DNA of 63,684 bases, counting the filler, from Stramenopiles sp. TOSAG23-6 (taxonomy: Eukaryota): assembly GCA_900128565.1 (NCBI GenBank). It is 8 parts of 8 records of this genome, joined end to end, with 100 filler letters (N's around TTAATTAATTAA, not from the genome) between each part and the next. Parts side by side here need not be neighbours in the genome. Positions count along the whole stretch, not along the records: positions 23,764 to 35,528 come from LT636242.1; 7 more parts are not named here. One strand, written 5' to 3'. Each line of letters opens with the position of its first letter. Position 1 is the stretch's first letter. The notes below the pieces were generated by a model that was given only the letters and a program-made list of their open reading frames with translations, was not told where the DNA came from and ran no database searches. Made by a program: the position numbers and the translations under genes. This document shows, one piece after another, positions 23,764-33,792 of the stretch.

Positions 23764-23831
23764 AAAAAAATTTGTTAGGTACAAAATTTCGTACGAAAAA
23801 AAAAATTCATACAAAAAAAAATAAAACATAC
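23764..23831 (-). mobile_element. Introner-like intron, truncated by gap
   Basis: tat|gtatgtttt...cgtacgaaattttgtacctaac. Confidence 0.75.
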
Positions 23832-26070
23832 ATAACTTTCACTAGATCTATTACGACAATCTTTACTTAATGATTTCAATTCTTCACTATTCAGTAGTAA
23901 TGTTTTTGGCGGAGCATATCGAAATTTATTATTTTTATTTTTGTTGATTTTTTTTTCATTTTCTCGATGATACCGCGACATTACAAATTCATTAAATTGA
24001 TCTTTTGCACAAAAATTAGTCGTACTTTTTACTGTATGAAGGGTTTGAAGGTTTTGAAGGTTTTGAAGGTTTCGTTGTACAGTCTTTATATTTATTGGGC
24101 TCTTCGAGAGTGAGTTATTAGGATTATTAAGATTATTAAGATTATTTACATTTTGTTTTGATGATGAACCAAAATTAAACAGAACTGTCAGACTATCGGG
24201 GCGTTGCTTTAATCGTGCTAATATTGATTTTTTATCCTCTGGCATTTGTCGTTGAAACACTCGAATGACATCATTTGGAGTTGGAGGTAACGTAACTGGT
24301 TTTGATAGTATTCGAAATGGTTTTGAATTATTATTTTTTATAGTTTTTATAGACTTGCAGTGTCCTGATTCATTGTTTACATTATTTACATTTTGTACAT
24401 TATCTTGTGTATTATTTGTAGATATACATTGATTGGCTGCACGAGATGCAAGGTATGCAACTTGTGCAGCAAATGCATTAACAAAGAACTGTGAATAATA
24501 TTCTAATTTGAAAAATGTTAGGTACGAAATTTCGTATGAAACCCAAAAAAAAAAAAAAAAAATTACAAAAATTATAAAAAGGCTATAAAAATTATAAAAA
24601 GTAAAACAATTAGGGTTAGGGTTAGAAAATACGCTTTTGTCCATTTTTTACCTTTTCCAAAACCAAAATTTGGTTTTGCTTCATGAGGTAAATTATATTT
24701 TCGTTTTTTGTCATATTCCTCCTTTAGATTTAGAAATTCAGTTTTCTTTTGTCTACCCCAAAGAGTCACTGGACGCATTTGAGATTCTCTAGATTGTTTT
24801 TGTTGATTTTTTTTATTTTTTTTATTTTTTTTATTTTTTTCATTTTTTTCATTTTTTTCATTTTCTAATGTTTCATCATTTTTTTTATTTTGTTTATTTT
24901 CAATTGTTTCTAATGTTTCATCAATTTCTCGATTACGTTTCCAATCCAAATATAATTCAAGTTGTTTTGCATATAAAGCTTTTTCTTCTCTTCTTTTTTG
25001 TAAAGATTTTTGTTGATGTCTAATAATGTATTTTCGAAAAATATTTCAAAAAAAATTCTAAAAAATTTGTTAGGTACGAAATTTCGTATGAAAAAAATAA
25101 ATTCGAATTTTTTTTTACCGAAAAAAAAAAAAAAAAAAAACATACATTGATGTTTTTAAAGATTTTGAAGAAAACCCTCCAAAACCTTCAACATCAAACC
25201 CATTACCACTTGGACGTATACGTGGTAATGAAGCTCCATGGAATGTAAGGATATATTTTAATTTTGTTTTTGTTACAATATATACAATATAAATGTGTTT
25301 ATAATTATTCATTCAAAAAAAAAATATTTTAAAAATATTTTTTGTTAGGTACAAATTTTCGTATGAAAAAAAAAAAAAAAAAAAAAAAACGTACGTGATG
25401 TCGACCCAATTGTTTTCTTTCAAAATCTTTTTCTCTTATGACATCATTTAATGTAGAAACATAAACATCATTCTTCATACTCATATGCTCATTACAAATA
25501 TCAGTAATGACTGAACGTTTTATACCATTTTGTACAAATGGATGACTTAAGCCCTATACTGTGAAAAAACAAATTTAAAAAAAAAAAAATCTAAAAAAAA
25601 TTTGTTAGGTACAAAATTTCGTATGAAAAAAAAAAAGTTTTGAGTAGTACGAAAAACTGTACTTGATGATTATGAGCAGAAAGCAGCATTCTACGGCTTG
25701 TTGCTTCTCTATGAAGTCTATTTTGATTACTAAAGATATCACAAGAACGTTTATTTCGTCTGCGATCAAAGCCTATACTGTTTTTGGCTGATGTTTGAAT
25801 TTTAACATTACTTGAAGAAGAAGATTTCGCTGATTTCTGCATTTTATGTTTTTCTTTCCCTTCAGGAATAAATGAACGACCATCAGTGTATCCTTTCAAT
25901 CGTCTTCGAATCCCTGCGTTTGAGTGAACACCTAAACGACTCACTCGTGGTATAATACGTTGAATAAGTTGCGGTGGTACAACCAAAGCTTCTCTATTGA
26001 GCAAAGCATTCATGTTGTTGTCGTTTGTTTTTGTTTCTTTCATTTTTGTTTTTGTTTGTTTCATTTTCAT
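23832..26070 (-). CDS. Uncharacterised Asn/Lys-rich protein, 3'-partial; exons 26070-25663, 25553-25395, 25244-25146, 25025-24633, 24483-23832
   Basis: Four ORF fragments join in frame when family inserts are removed. Confidence 0.65.
24484..24632 (-). mobile_element. Degenerate introner-like intron GT..TT (flanks gc/tt), carries (TAACCC)2
   Basis: Family core present; using the nearby CAG would frameshift to a stop, the family-position end keeps the frame. Confidence 0.65.
25026..25145 (-). mobile_element. Introner-like intron GT..AT, flanks at/at
   Basis: tca at|gtatg...aaaatac-at|t att aga. Confidence 0.85.
25245..25394 (-). mobile_element. Introner-like intron GT..AC, flanks ac/ac, degenerate 3' motif
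   Basis: atc ac|gtacgtttt...atcctt-ac|a ttc cat. Confidence 0.7.
25554..25662 (-). mobile_element. Introner-like intron GT..AG (flanks aa/ag)
   Basis: cat caa|gtacag...cacagtat-ag|ggc. Confidence 0.8.
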
Positions 26071-26395
26071 TCGTAAAAGTATTTTAAAACAAAGTATTCA
26101 CAAAACAATATGATTGTAATGAAAAAGATAATACTGTTGTATACTTTAATCAGTCAAAACATTATACATATTCCAGATATAGAATACTAATATTATCCAT
26201 AATAGTACTAATAAGAAAAAGAGATTTATAGTCTTTAGTGAGATTTTGACAGTTTCATAAAAAAAATTAAAAAAAAAAAAAAAACTTCATTTTTTTATAT
26301 TCGACTTTGTACTACATTCTATATAGTAGTATACCTTATATACCCCTGATAGATACATTTTCATAACATTCTTTACATATACAATATATATTTTA

Positions 26396-27010
26396 TTAAA
26401 TATTCAATAACTTTTGCATGAGAACGTCACTTTCTAAAAACTTTTTTGAAGCTTCAGATCTTTCCTTTTTTGTTGTTAATGGATTGAAATCAAATGGTTT
26501 GAATCGATTGAGTGTATCAATTTTTTCACCATGTTGTGAATGATGAAAAAAATCAACATCATTTGGTCTTTGTTCATTTCTTATTGATTGTGTTACTATT
26601 CGATATAAATCATTTTCATTGTTAGTTTCATGTATTAAATTATCTGAAACAATGATTGGTGTTGAATTCAAATTAGGGTTAGGGTCTGAAACAATGATTG
26701 GTGTTGATTGTCGATTTTGTTGTAGGATGTGTTGTGATGTTTCAGGTATTTGCTGTATGATTTGAATGTCTCTTCGATTTTGGATATTTTCTATATTTCC
26801 TACAACTAAAGAAGGAGGAGCTAGTACTAATTTTGGAGGGTGATTTTGTACAGTTTCGTTCATTGTTTTCCCATCAGACGATATTGCATTCATCCACCAA
26901 GGGATTCCTGCATTATACCATGGCGGTGCTTTTTGTGCTTTTGGAATATTACTAGCCTTGACCGATATTGTTGAAGCAAAGACATATAAAATAATGATAC
27001 AGAGAAGCAT
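26396..27010 (-). CDS. Putative secreted orphan protein
   Basis: 204-aa ORF with signal-peptide-like N-terminus. Confidence 0.6.
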   Translation of the reverse strand: MLLCIIILYVFASTISVKASNIPKAQKAPPWYNAGIPWWMNAISSDGKTMNETVQNHPPKLVLAPPSLVVGNIENIQNRRDIQIIQQIPETSQHILQQNRQSTPIIVSDPNPNLNSTPIIVSDNLIHETNNENDLYRIVTQSIRNEQRPNDVDFFHHSQHGEKIDTLNRFKPFDFNPLTTKKERSEASKKFLESDVLMQKLLNI

Positions 27011-27431
27011 ATACGACTATACGTTCTACGAAAACTCTACTACTATTACACAATGACTTCGTATACGAATATTGTTCTATTCTTGAAACAGTTTGAATGT
27101 AAAGAGTAATGTGTATATGTTATGTAGATGTTGAGAGCATCAAAAGATTTTCATTGTATACTCAATTTGTTAAAGAGTCGACTACCATTTGATTTGAGAT
27201 TGGAGCATTGGAGCAGCACCACCACATGATAGATAGAATTCGAATTTATAGCTGCTATTTTTTTGATGAAAATTTTGAAAAAAAAANGAAATCTTTTTCT
27301 TTTGTTTTTTTTTTGTTTTTTTCGTGTTTCTCTGCTTTTTCGTTGGAAAACTTTCAAAACGACAGCAACATTTGTCTACAAAAACAAGTAATTTAAACTG
27401 TTCAAACAGTTCTTGTTTTAAATATACTGAA

Positions 27432-29633
27432 ATGTCGAGCATTCAACCAGAAAAAAAGGAATCTAAAAAGATTGAAGCTGAAGATACAACAATATCAAGT
27501 GTTCATGTAAAGTATGACTCTGAAACAGCGACCATGCAACGTTTTAAATCAAAAGAAGCACGAGAAAACGAGCAATGGGCGTATGGATTCGTTGGTTTTG
27601 TTACGGGTCCTCTTGTTATTTTGATGTCTTTGTGGACCCCCGCTTTATTATTACTTGCTGCAAATGACAGTACGTGTAGTTCTGGAACGGATAAATCGGG
27701 ACAAAGTTGTACTCCAGATCTTGATTGGGATCAGGACCACTGGGAAACAGCAAAAGGACAAATTAACTGTATAGAAACAGATACCTTTGGTGAAATTGTA
27801 TATGACCCTTTTATTCAAACACAAGCTTGCATACAATCTCTACAAGACTACCGGAATCTAGTACCAGCATTTACATGTAACTGTACAGGTGAATATTCTT
27901 TCTTAAACTCTGGACTTCGACCAGCCAACATACAAATTGTCATTGGAATCATAAATCATGTACGTTTTCAGCTTTTTTACTGTTACATTTTATTTATATT
28001 GTTTCAAAACTGTCCGTATTTAACAAAAAAACAAATGAAAAACAAATTAAACAATACATGCCTNTNTCATTCATTGCTCTTTTTTTCGGTGTCATTATTG
28101 ACTTTTCTGGTAATCGTTTAACCATGTGGAAAAGATTGTGGATTCTGACGGTCGTAACAACCATGTTGATGTATGTTTATTTTTTTTTTTTCGTAAATAT
28201 CTTTTTTTTTTTTTCATAGGAAATTTCGTACCTAACAATTTTTTTTTTTTTTTGGTAAAAATTTTTTGAAATATTTTTCCAAAATACATGGGTATTATTT
28301 TTAAAAATTATATATGGATTATTGGTTGTGTTTTTGCTGTAATTTGTTTTATATCACAAAATGCAAATTGGATGATTTATTGTTCATTTTTGAGTGATAT
28401 TGCAGATACAGATGAAGATAGAGGACGACTTGGTGGAATGCAACAGGCATGTATGTTTTTTTTTTTTTTTCAACTCAATTTTTTTTTTTTGGTTTCGTAC
28501 GAAATTTTGTACCTAACGATATTTTTTGTGATTTCGTGTTTTTTCACACAATACATGGAGTTATTCTGGCCAAGCTGTTTACATCATCACAGTTGGCTTA
28601 AGTGTCTCATTAATATTCAAAACTGCTCATATACCAGGCATTTTGGGTTGTATTGGTTGTGCATTATGGATGCTCTTCTTTATGCCAAGAGCATTAAAAT
28701 ATTTTTATGAACGTCCACCGAAACGAATGTATGTTTTATATGAATTTCTAATTTAAGTTTTTTTTTTTTTTTGGTTTTCATACGAAATTTCGTACCTAAC
28801 GATTTTTTTACAAAAAAATATTTTTTCATAATCCATCCGAGATGATCCAAATTTATCAAAACGAGGAAAATTTTTGCATTCAGTGAAGGAGATGATTGCA
28901 TTATTCAAAATTATACGTAAAAAATATCCTGAAGCATATAAATATTTATTTCTGTCAGTTGTGTCACGACAGGGGATTTATAGTATTTTAGCCGTATACG
29001 TGACATATTTTATAAGTCAAGTCAAATTGACTGGATTTCAAATTGTTATTATATGTATGTGTACCCCTAACCCTAACCCGAATGATGAATTTGAATTTTT
29101 TTTTTAAATTTTTTTTTTTTTAAATTTTTATTTTTTTTTTTTCGTACGACATTTTGTACCTAAGCTAACAAAAATGTTTTACAATATTTTTCACAAAACA
29201 TCTATTATTGTGTTAGTCGTTGGAGCACCATGTGGATACTTATTTACAAAAATTGTACAAAAGTTTTGTTTAAAAAAGATTTGGCAATGTTTAACTTTGT
29301 ATTGGGTTGCCGTCGGGATTATAACACCACTACTGATGTGCGTTTTCATTTTTTTTTTAGTAAAATTTTTTTCAATTTTTTTTTGGTTTTTTGGTTTTTA
29401 TAAAAAATTTGTACCTAACAATTTTTTTTTAGATTTTTGTTTTTTGAAATACTCTTCTACAATACATTTATGAGGAAGGAATGTTCATTCAATCATGTAT
29501 CGTGGGTGGTGGCTTATATGCTTTGGGCTTATCCTGGTACTTTTCGATTGCATGGCCAGCTTTTCAATCACTTGTGCCAAATGCATTAACTGCACAATGT
29601 AAGTTTTTATTATGTTTTTATTATGTTTTTATG

Positions 29634-29673
<40 letters not shown>

Positions 29674-30155
29674 CAAACTTTAATTTTTTTCAATTTTTAA
29701 TTTTTTTTCAATTTTTAATTTTTTTTATACGAATTTTTTATAACCTAACAATGTTTTTTTTTAATGTTTTTTTAAGAATTACATGTCTTGGGTTGTATGT
29801 GTTTGTTAATAACGCAACGTATTGGGTGGAACAATTAATTTATACCATTATAGTACAGGAGAAAAATGATCATCGATTGGCTATTGCAACACTTGTACGT
29901 TTTCATCAAATGTTTATCTATTAGGGTTAGGGTTTTCATTTTTTTTTTTTTTTTTTTTCATACGAAATTTCATACCTAACAACAAAACCATGTTTTCAAA
30001 TATTCTACAAAAAACTTGCCCCTTGGAGTTTTATTGCATTTTGTATAGTGTCTTTCATTGATTTTGAAAAGGGAAAAAAAGAAGCACAAAATATCGATAA
30101 ACAAACACTTGAAAGATTGGAAGTTGATCAGAATATTGAAAGTGGTGAAAAATAA
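27432..30155 (+). CDS. MFS transporter, Atg22-like; 9 exons separated by 8 introner-like introns
   Basis: Multiple TM segments; YCSFLSDIA; C-terminal IDFEKGKKEA; one frame after removing 8 inserts (two Ns in exon 2). Confidence 0.75.
27960..28059 (+). mobile_element. Introner-like intron GT..AT, flanks at/at
   Basis: cat|gtacgtttt...acaatac-at|gcc. Confidence 0.8.
28171..28289 (+). mobile_element. Introner-like intron GT..AT, flanks at/at
   Basis: ttg at|gtatg...aaaatac-at|g ggt. Confidence 0.85.
28451..28556 (+). mobile_element. Introner-like intron GT..AT, flanks at/at
   Basis: gca t|gtatg...acaatac-at|gg agt. Confidence 0.85.
28729..28836 (+). mobile_element. Introner-like intron GT..AT, flanks at/at
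   Basis: cga at|gtatg...cataatcc-at|c cga; first ~70 nt nearly identical to 5716 copy. Confidence 0.85.
29055..29201 (+). mobile_element. Introner-like intron GT..AT, flanks at/at; carries (CCCTAA)2
   Basis: ata t|gtatgt...cacaaaac-at|ct att. Confidence 0.8.
29338..29467 (+). mobile_element. Introner-like intron GT..AT, flanks at/at
   Basis: ctg at|gtgcgtttt...tacaatac-at|t tat. Confidence 0.8.
29599..29784 (+). mobile_element. Introner-like intron GT..AT, flanks at/at; contains (TA)n
   Basis: caa t|gtaagt...acctaac...aattac-at|gt ctt. Confidence 0.75.
29895..30017 (+). mobile_element. Introner-like intron GT..TT, flanks tt/tt; carries (TTAGGG)2
   Basis: aca ctt|gtacgtttt...aaaaac-tt|gcc cct. 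Confidence 0.85.
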
Positions 30156-30334
30156 TAACTTTGATGCTTCATAACCCTAATTTTTGTCTACAGTATACAA
30201 ATTTTTGTCTACAACAAACAAAAAAACAAAAAGCANAAAAAAAAAAAAAAAAGAAAAAAAGAAAAAGTTTTTAAGTTGTATAAGTATAAACTTAAATACT
30301 TAAAAAATATAGACTTTCTTTTTATTTATTTTTG

Positions 30335-30949
30335 TTAATTATGCTTTTTTTTTTTTGAAATTGTATGATTTTGTTGTTGTTGTTCCGAAAATTGTATAAA
30401 AGAATTGCGCCATGCCGTACCTTCTTCATCTTCTTGGAAAGACATGAGTACATAAGCTACAATAATCAAATTCACAGTCACAACAGCAGCTATACCACTT
30501 ATGCCAACTTTATTCGGATGTCCCTCGAAAATATGTCGCACAAGATAATACACTATGAAAGGTAATGTACACATATAAAAAGAGTACGTCCTAAGTTTTA
30601 TAAATACAGACTTATTTCCAGCAACTTCTAGTAGCATTTTGAAGTTTTCCATTTTACTAATAGAACTAGACGTACCATCGACTTCTTTTGAAGACTTCGT
30701 TACAGCATATCCTTTACCTGGACCAAGATTCTCGACAAGAAATAAATCACTTGTTTCATCTATTGTGCTTTCGTCTTTGCTTTCACTTAATTCTCTATGA
30801 AGTTTTGCATGAATGATAATTTTTTGACCTTTACGCTCAGACTCAACAACGTCCAAAATAACCCATGGTGAATCAGATATTGATTGCTTCGAGTTTGAAA
30901 ATGCTACAACAGCATCCAATTCATCTTGTTCTGGGGTGTTTTCTGTCAT
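30335..30949 (-). CDS. VMA21: VMA21-like V-ATPase assembly factor with N-terminal extension
   Basis: Two TMs (YMCTLPFIVYY; SGIAAVVTVNLIIVAYV..FQED) and KKxx end (KKHN). Confidence 0.7.
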   Translation of the reverse strand: MTENTPEQDELDAVVAFSNSKQSISDSPWVILDVVESERKGQKIIIHAKLHRELSESKDESTIDETSDLFLVENLGPGKGYAVTKSSKEVDGTSSSISKMENFKMLLEVAGNKSVFIKLRTYSFYMCTLPFIVYYLVRHIFEGHPNKVGISGIAAVVTVNLIIVAYVLMSFQEDEEGTAWRNSFIQFSEQQQQNHTISKKKKHN

Positions 30950-31189
30950 TATTCTAAATGTATAACTTTACTTTTTATCGGTGTATATTTTATGTAATGT
31001 TCTAAATGTTCTACCCGACCAATGTTTTTTTTGTTGGTCAAAAAGAAAATTATGTTACCCGGTACTACTGTTTTTGTGGGTGTTTTCCGGAGACTTTCAA
31101 ATTTAATTTCGAAATATATCAAAAAATTTACTCCTTTCTTTGTGTCTCTGATTAGATTTCATTTTTAGATTCATTTTTTTGTATGAAAT

Positions 31190-32170
31190 ATGAAACGTCT
31201 CACATTCTTTAAATATATGGTGATTCTTGTAATTACACTTTTACATGATGTTATTTCTAGCGATGAAATAACGTCATCATTTCATGATTTGAAAAGAGTA
31301 ATGAAAACTGCAAAACACATTGAAGGATTATCTTCAATTACCAATAATATAAAAGAAATCGGTAGCATCTTTCTTGGAATAGTAGATAACGACATACAAG
31401 ATAATCTATCATCTTTGAAAGATGATACAAATATATCCGTAAAGGATAATATTCAAATATCATCATTTGGGAGTATATCACCAGTGAAAGTTCCCGCAGA
31501 GTTATTTAAACAAATAGAAGAAATACATAAATATACATTATTAACAAACGAAGCTTTTGAGAAGAAATTAAAATATGAAATGAACTCATTTAAGAAATCT
31601 ATTGACAAGAGACGGGAAATGATTCAAAATGAAATTAAACAACATCAGATAAATACGATCAATTTAAAAAAAATAATTGAGATGTTGAATAATACAATCA
31701 AACATTTTGGGAAGACTTTGATAAAAAAGAATCATGTATGTTTTTATTTTTTTTTTAAACAAAAAAATCGATTTTTTTTTTCGTACGAAATTTCGTACCT
31801 AACGAATTTTTTTGTGAAATATTTTTCCAAAATACAGCAATCGTCTCAGCGATTAAAATATGCAAATCTCTTGATTGAATTTGAAGCTAATAAGAGTAAT
31901 GTAAAAGTATTAATACTACAATCTAAAAAAAAAGAAATTATTAGTCGATTGAAATTAGATTTTTTTGAGAAAAATATAAAAAGTCGAAAAACAAGAATTG
32001 AAATGTCTCATTCAATGCAAAAAGGAATCCGTCAACGTTTTCACGTTGCACAGTTGCATCTTATTGATCAAGAGAAGATTATTAAAAAGTTATCAAAAAA
32101 ACAAAAGATTATTGATACATTAGACAATGAGAATGACGTCATAGATTATCTAAGAAAATACATGCATTAG
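31190..32170 (+). CDS. Putative secreted coiled-coil protein; exons 31190-31735, 31838-32170
   Basis: Signal-peptide-like start; in-frame family insert; stop supplied by a TTAGGG insert. Confidence 0.6.
   Translation: MKRLTFFKYMVILVITLLHDVISSDEITSSFHDLKRVMKTAKHIEGLSSITNNIKEIGSIFLGIVDNDIQDNLSSLKDDTNISVKDNIQISSFGSISPVKVPAELFKQIEEIHKYTLLTNEAFEKKLKYEMNSFKKSIDKRREMIQNEIKQHQINTINLKKIIEMLNNTIKHFGKTLIKKNHVCFYFFFKQKNRFFFSYEISYLTNFFVKYFSKIQQSSQRLKYANLLIEFEANKSNVKVLILQSKKKEIISRLKLDFFEKNIKSRKTRIEMSHSMQKGIRQRFHVAQLHLIDQEKIIKKLSKKQKIIDTLDNENDVIDYLRKYMH
31736..31837 (+). mobile_element. Introner-like intron GT..AG (flanks at/ag)
   Basis: cat|gtatgtttt...gtacgaaatttcgtacctaac...aaaatac-ag|caa. Confidence 0.85.
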
Positions 32171-32564
32171 GGTTAGGGTTATGATATATTAGACAATGAG
32201 AATGACGTCATAGATTATCTAAGAAAATACATGCATCCATTTTTTTTCAAATTTCTACTACCGGTAGTAGTGTTGTTGAACCCTAACCCTAATTAATTAA
32301 AAAACATTTTGATGCAATAATTTGAATAAATACACATTTTCCATCACGTTCCACCAGTTGGGGGGGAAATTTCCTAAGAAACCCTAACCCTAACCTAATC
32401 CATTTTTTTTTCATACGAAATATTGTACCTAACAAATTTGCCGGGGGAAATCCCCAAATCAAATTGAAAACCAACGGTTCCACCCCGAAAGACACACAAA
32501 GTTTTAATAATAATAGCAGTTTATAATTTTACAAGTAACTCTTTGACTGTGTTATTTATTAACA

Positions 32565-33578
32565 ATGCCAATTATTGGTTGTACTCCTACACTTCATCCC
32601 CGGCCTGATTATCCAGAACCCATGCAGGTACTTGTACCACTTGTACTGAGTCTTCTCCGTTTTCCAGCAATGTGTTCGTTGTTTGCATTGATGACTCATC
32701 CGTTGTATATCTCTTTATCTAAGTGGATATTTTCAACCTGTTCCGATGAATATTTATCATCGCTTTGGTTCTTACCTAGTTGGGTGAATATGGATGATAT
32801 TCTTTTCACAGTGGGACTATCTGCTTCGATTTCGACGGTTTATATTCTATCCAACTCATTCTTTTTCATTTGTGACGCTAAAGAATTACTCCAACAATAT
32901 AAACTCCCTAGAAAAAAAAGTCAAGAACCTTCACCAGAGCTTATAGCTCGTACATTGAAAGAAGAGTTATTTGCACATATATTCGTTGGACCTGCACTGA
33001 TGCTGATTGTTGTTGGTCCACTTTTGAGGTATAATAATCCAGAAGCAACAAATATACATTTCATACCAAATGCAAAATTTTCACTTTTATGGAAACAGTT
33101 TTTTGTTTGCTATGTTACCAATGAAATATTATTTTATTATGGCCATCGTCTCTTACATTCTACATTTTTATATAAGGCAATACATAAACAACATCATAAA
33201 TATATTGGAACTAGATCGTTTGCAGCAGAATATGCGCATTTTATTGAAGATGTTTTGACAGCCTACTTTCCATTTGTCATTGGTTCTATTTTGATAAAAG
33301 CACATTTTCATATTGTATTTTGTTGGTTTTTCTGTAAGTTGACAGAAACATATGAAGTTCATTCTGGATATTGTTTCAAGGGCAGTTTTGTAGACAAACT
33401 TGGTTTTACACATAGTATTCAAGCAGCTCATCATGACTTTCATCATACAAAAAACTCTGGAAATTTTGGAAATGCTTTTTTAGATTATATTCATGGAACA
33501 ATGGATTTGTATATGAAATATGGAGGTATTGAAGGATACACTAATAAAACAAGTAATATAGTAAACAAACAAGAATAA
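32565..33578 (+). CDS. Fatty-acid hydroxylase/sterol desaturase family (methylsterol monooxygenase-like)
   Basis: His boxes HRLLH, HKQHH, EVHSGY, HHDFHH; AAEYAH. Confidence 0.9.
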   Translation: MPIIGCTPTLHPRPDYPEPMQVLVPLVLSLLRFPAMCSLFALMTHPLYISLSKWIFSTCSDEYLSSLWFLPSWVNMDDILFTVGLSASISTVYILSNSFFFICDAKELLQQYKLPRKKSQEPSPELIARTLKEELFAHIFVGPALMLIVVGPLLRYNNPEATNIHFIPNAKFSLLWKQFFVCYVTNEILFYYGHRLLHSTFLYKAIHKQHHKYIGTRSFAAEYAHFIEDVLTAYFPFVIGSILIKAHFHIVFCWFFCKLTETYEVHSGYCFKGSFVDKLGFTHSIQAAHHDFHHTKNSGNFGNAFLDYIHGTMDLYMKYGGIEGYTNKTSNIVNKQE

Positions 33579-33792
33579 AAACAAATAAAAACAAATATTT
33601 AAACAAAATTCTTACATAGTTACCCGGCACCATAGTAATATTGACACGTGCCAATTAAAGAGTGAGTTCAACTTCAAAATGATTTCTTCTACTACTACTA
33701 CTACCATAATATATTTGTTTGCATAAAAAAAACAAATTTATTCTCATTTTCAAGGTTGTATATACAGATTTCTACAACAATATACAATCAAA

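Noticed and set aside
27960-30017. Regularly spaced palindromic repeats as a CRISPR-like or REP-like array
   Set aside because: Intervening sequences are exons of one transporter, and the repeats carry splice signals.
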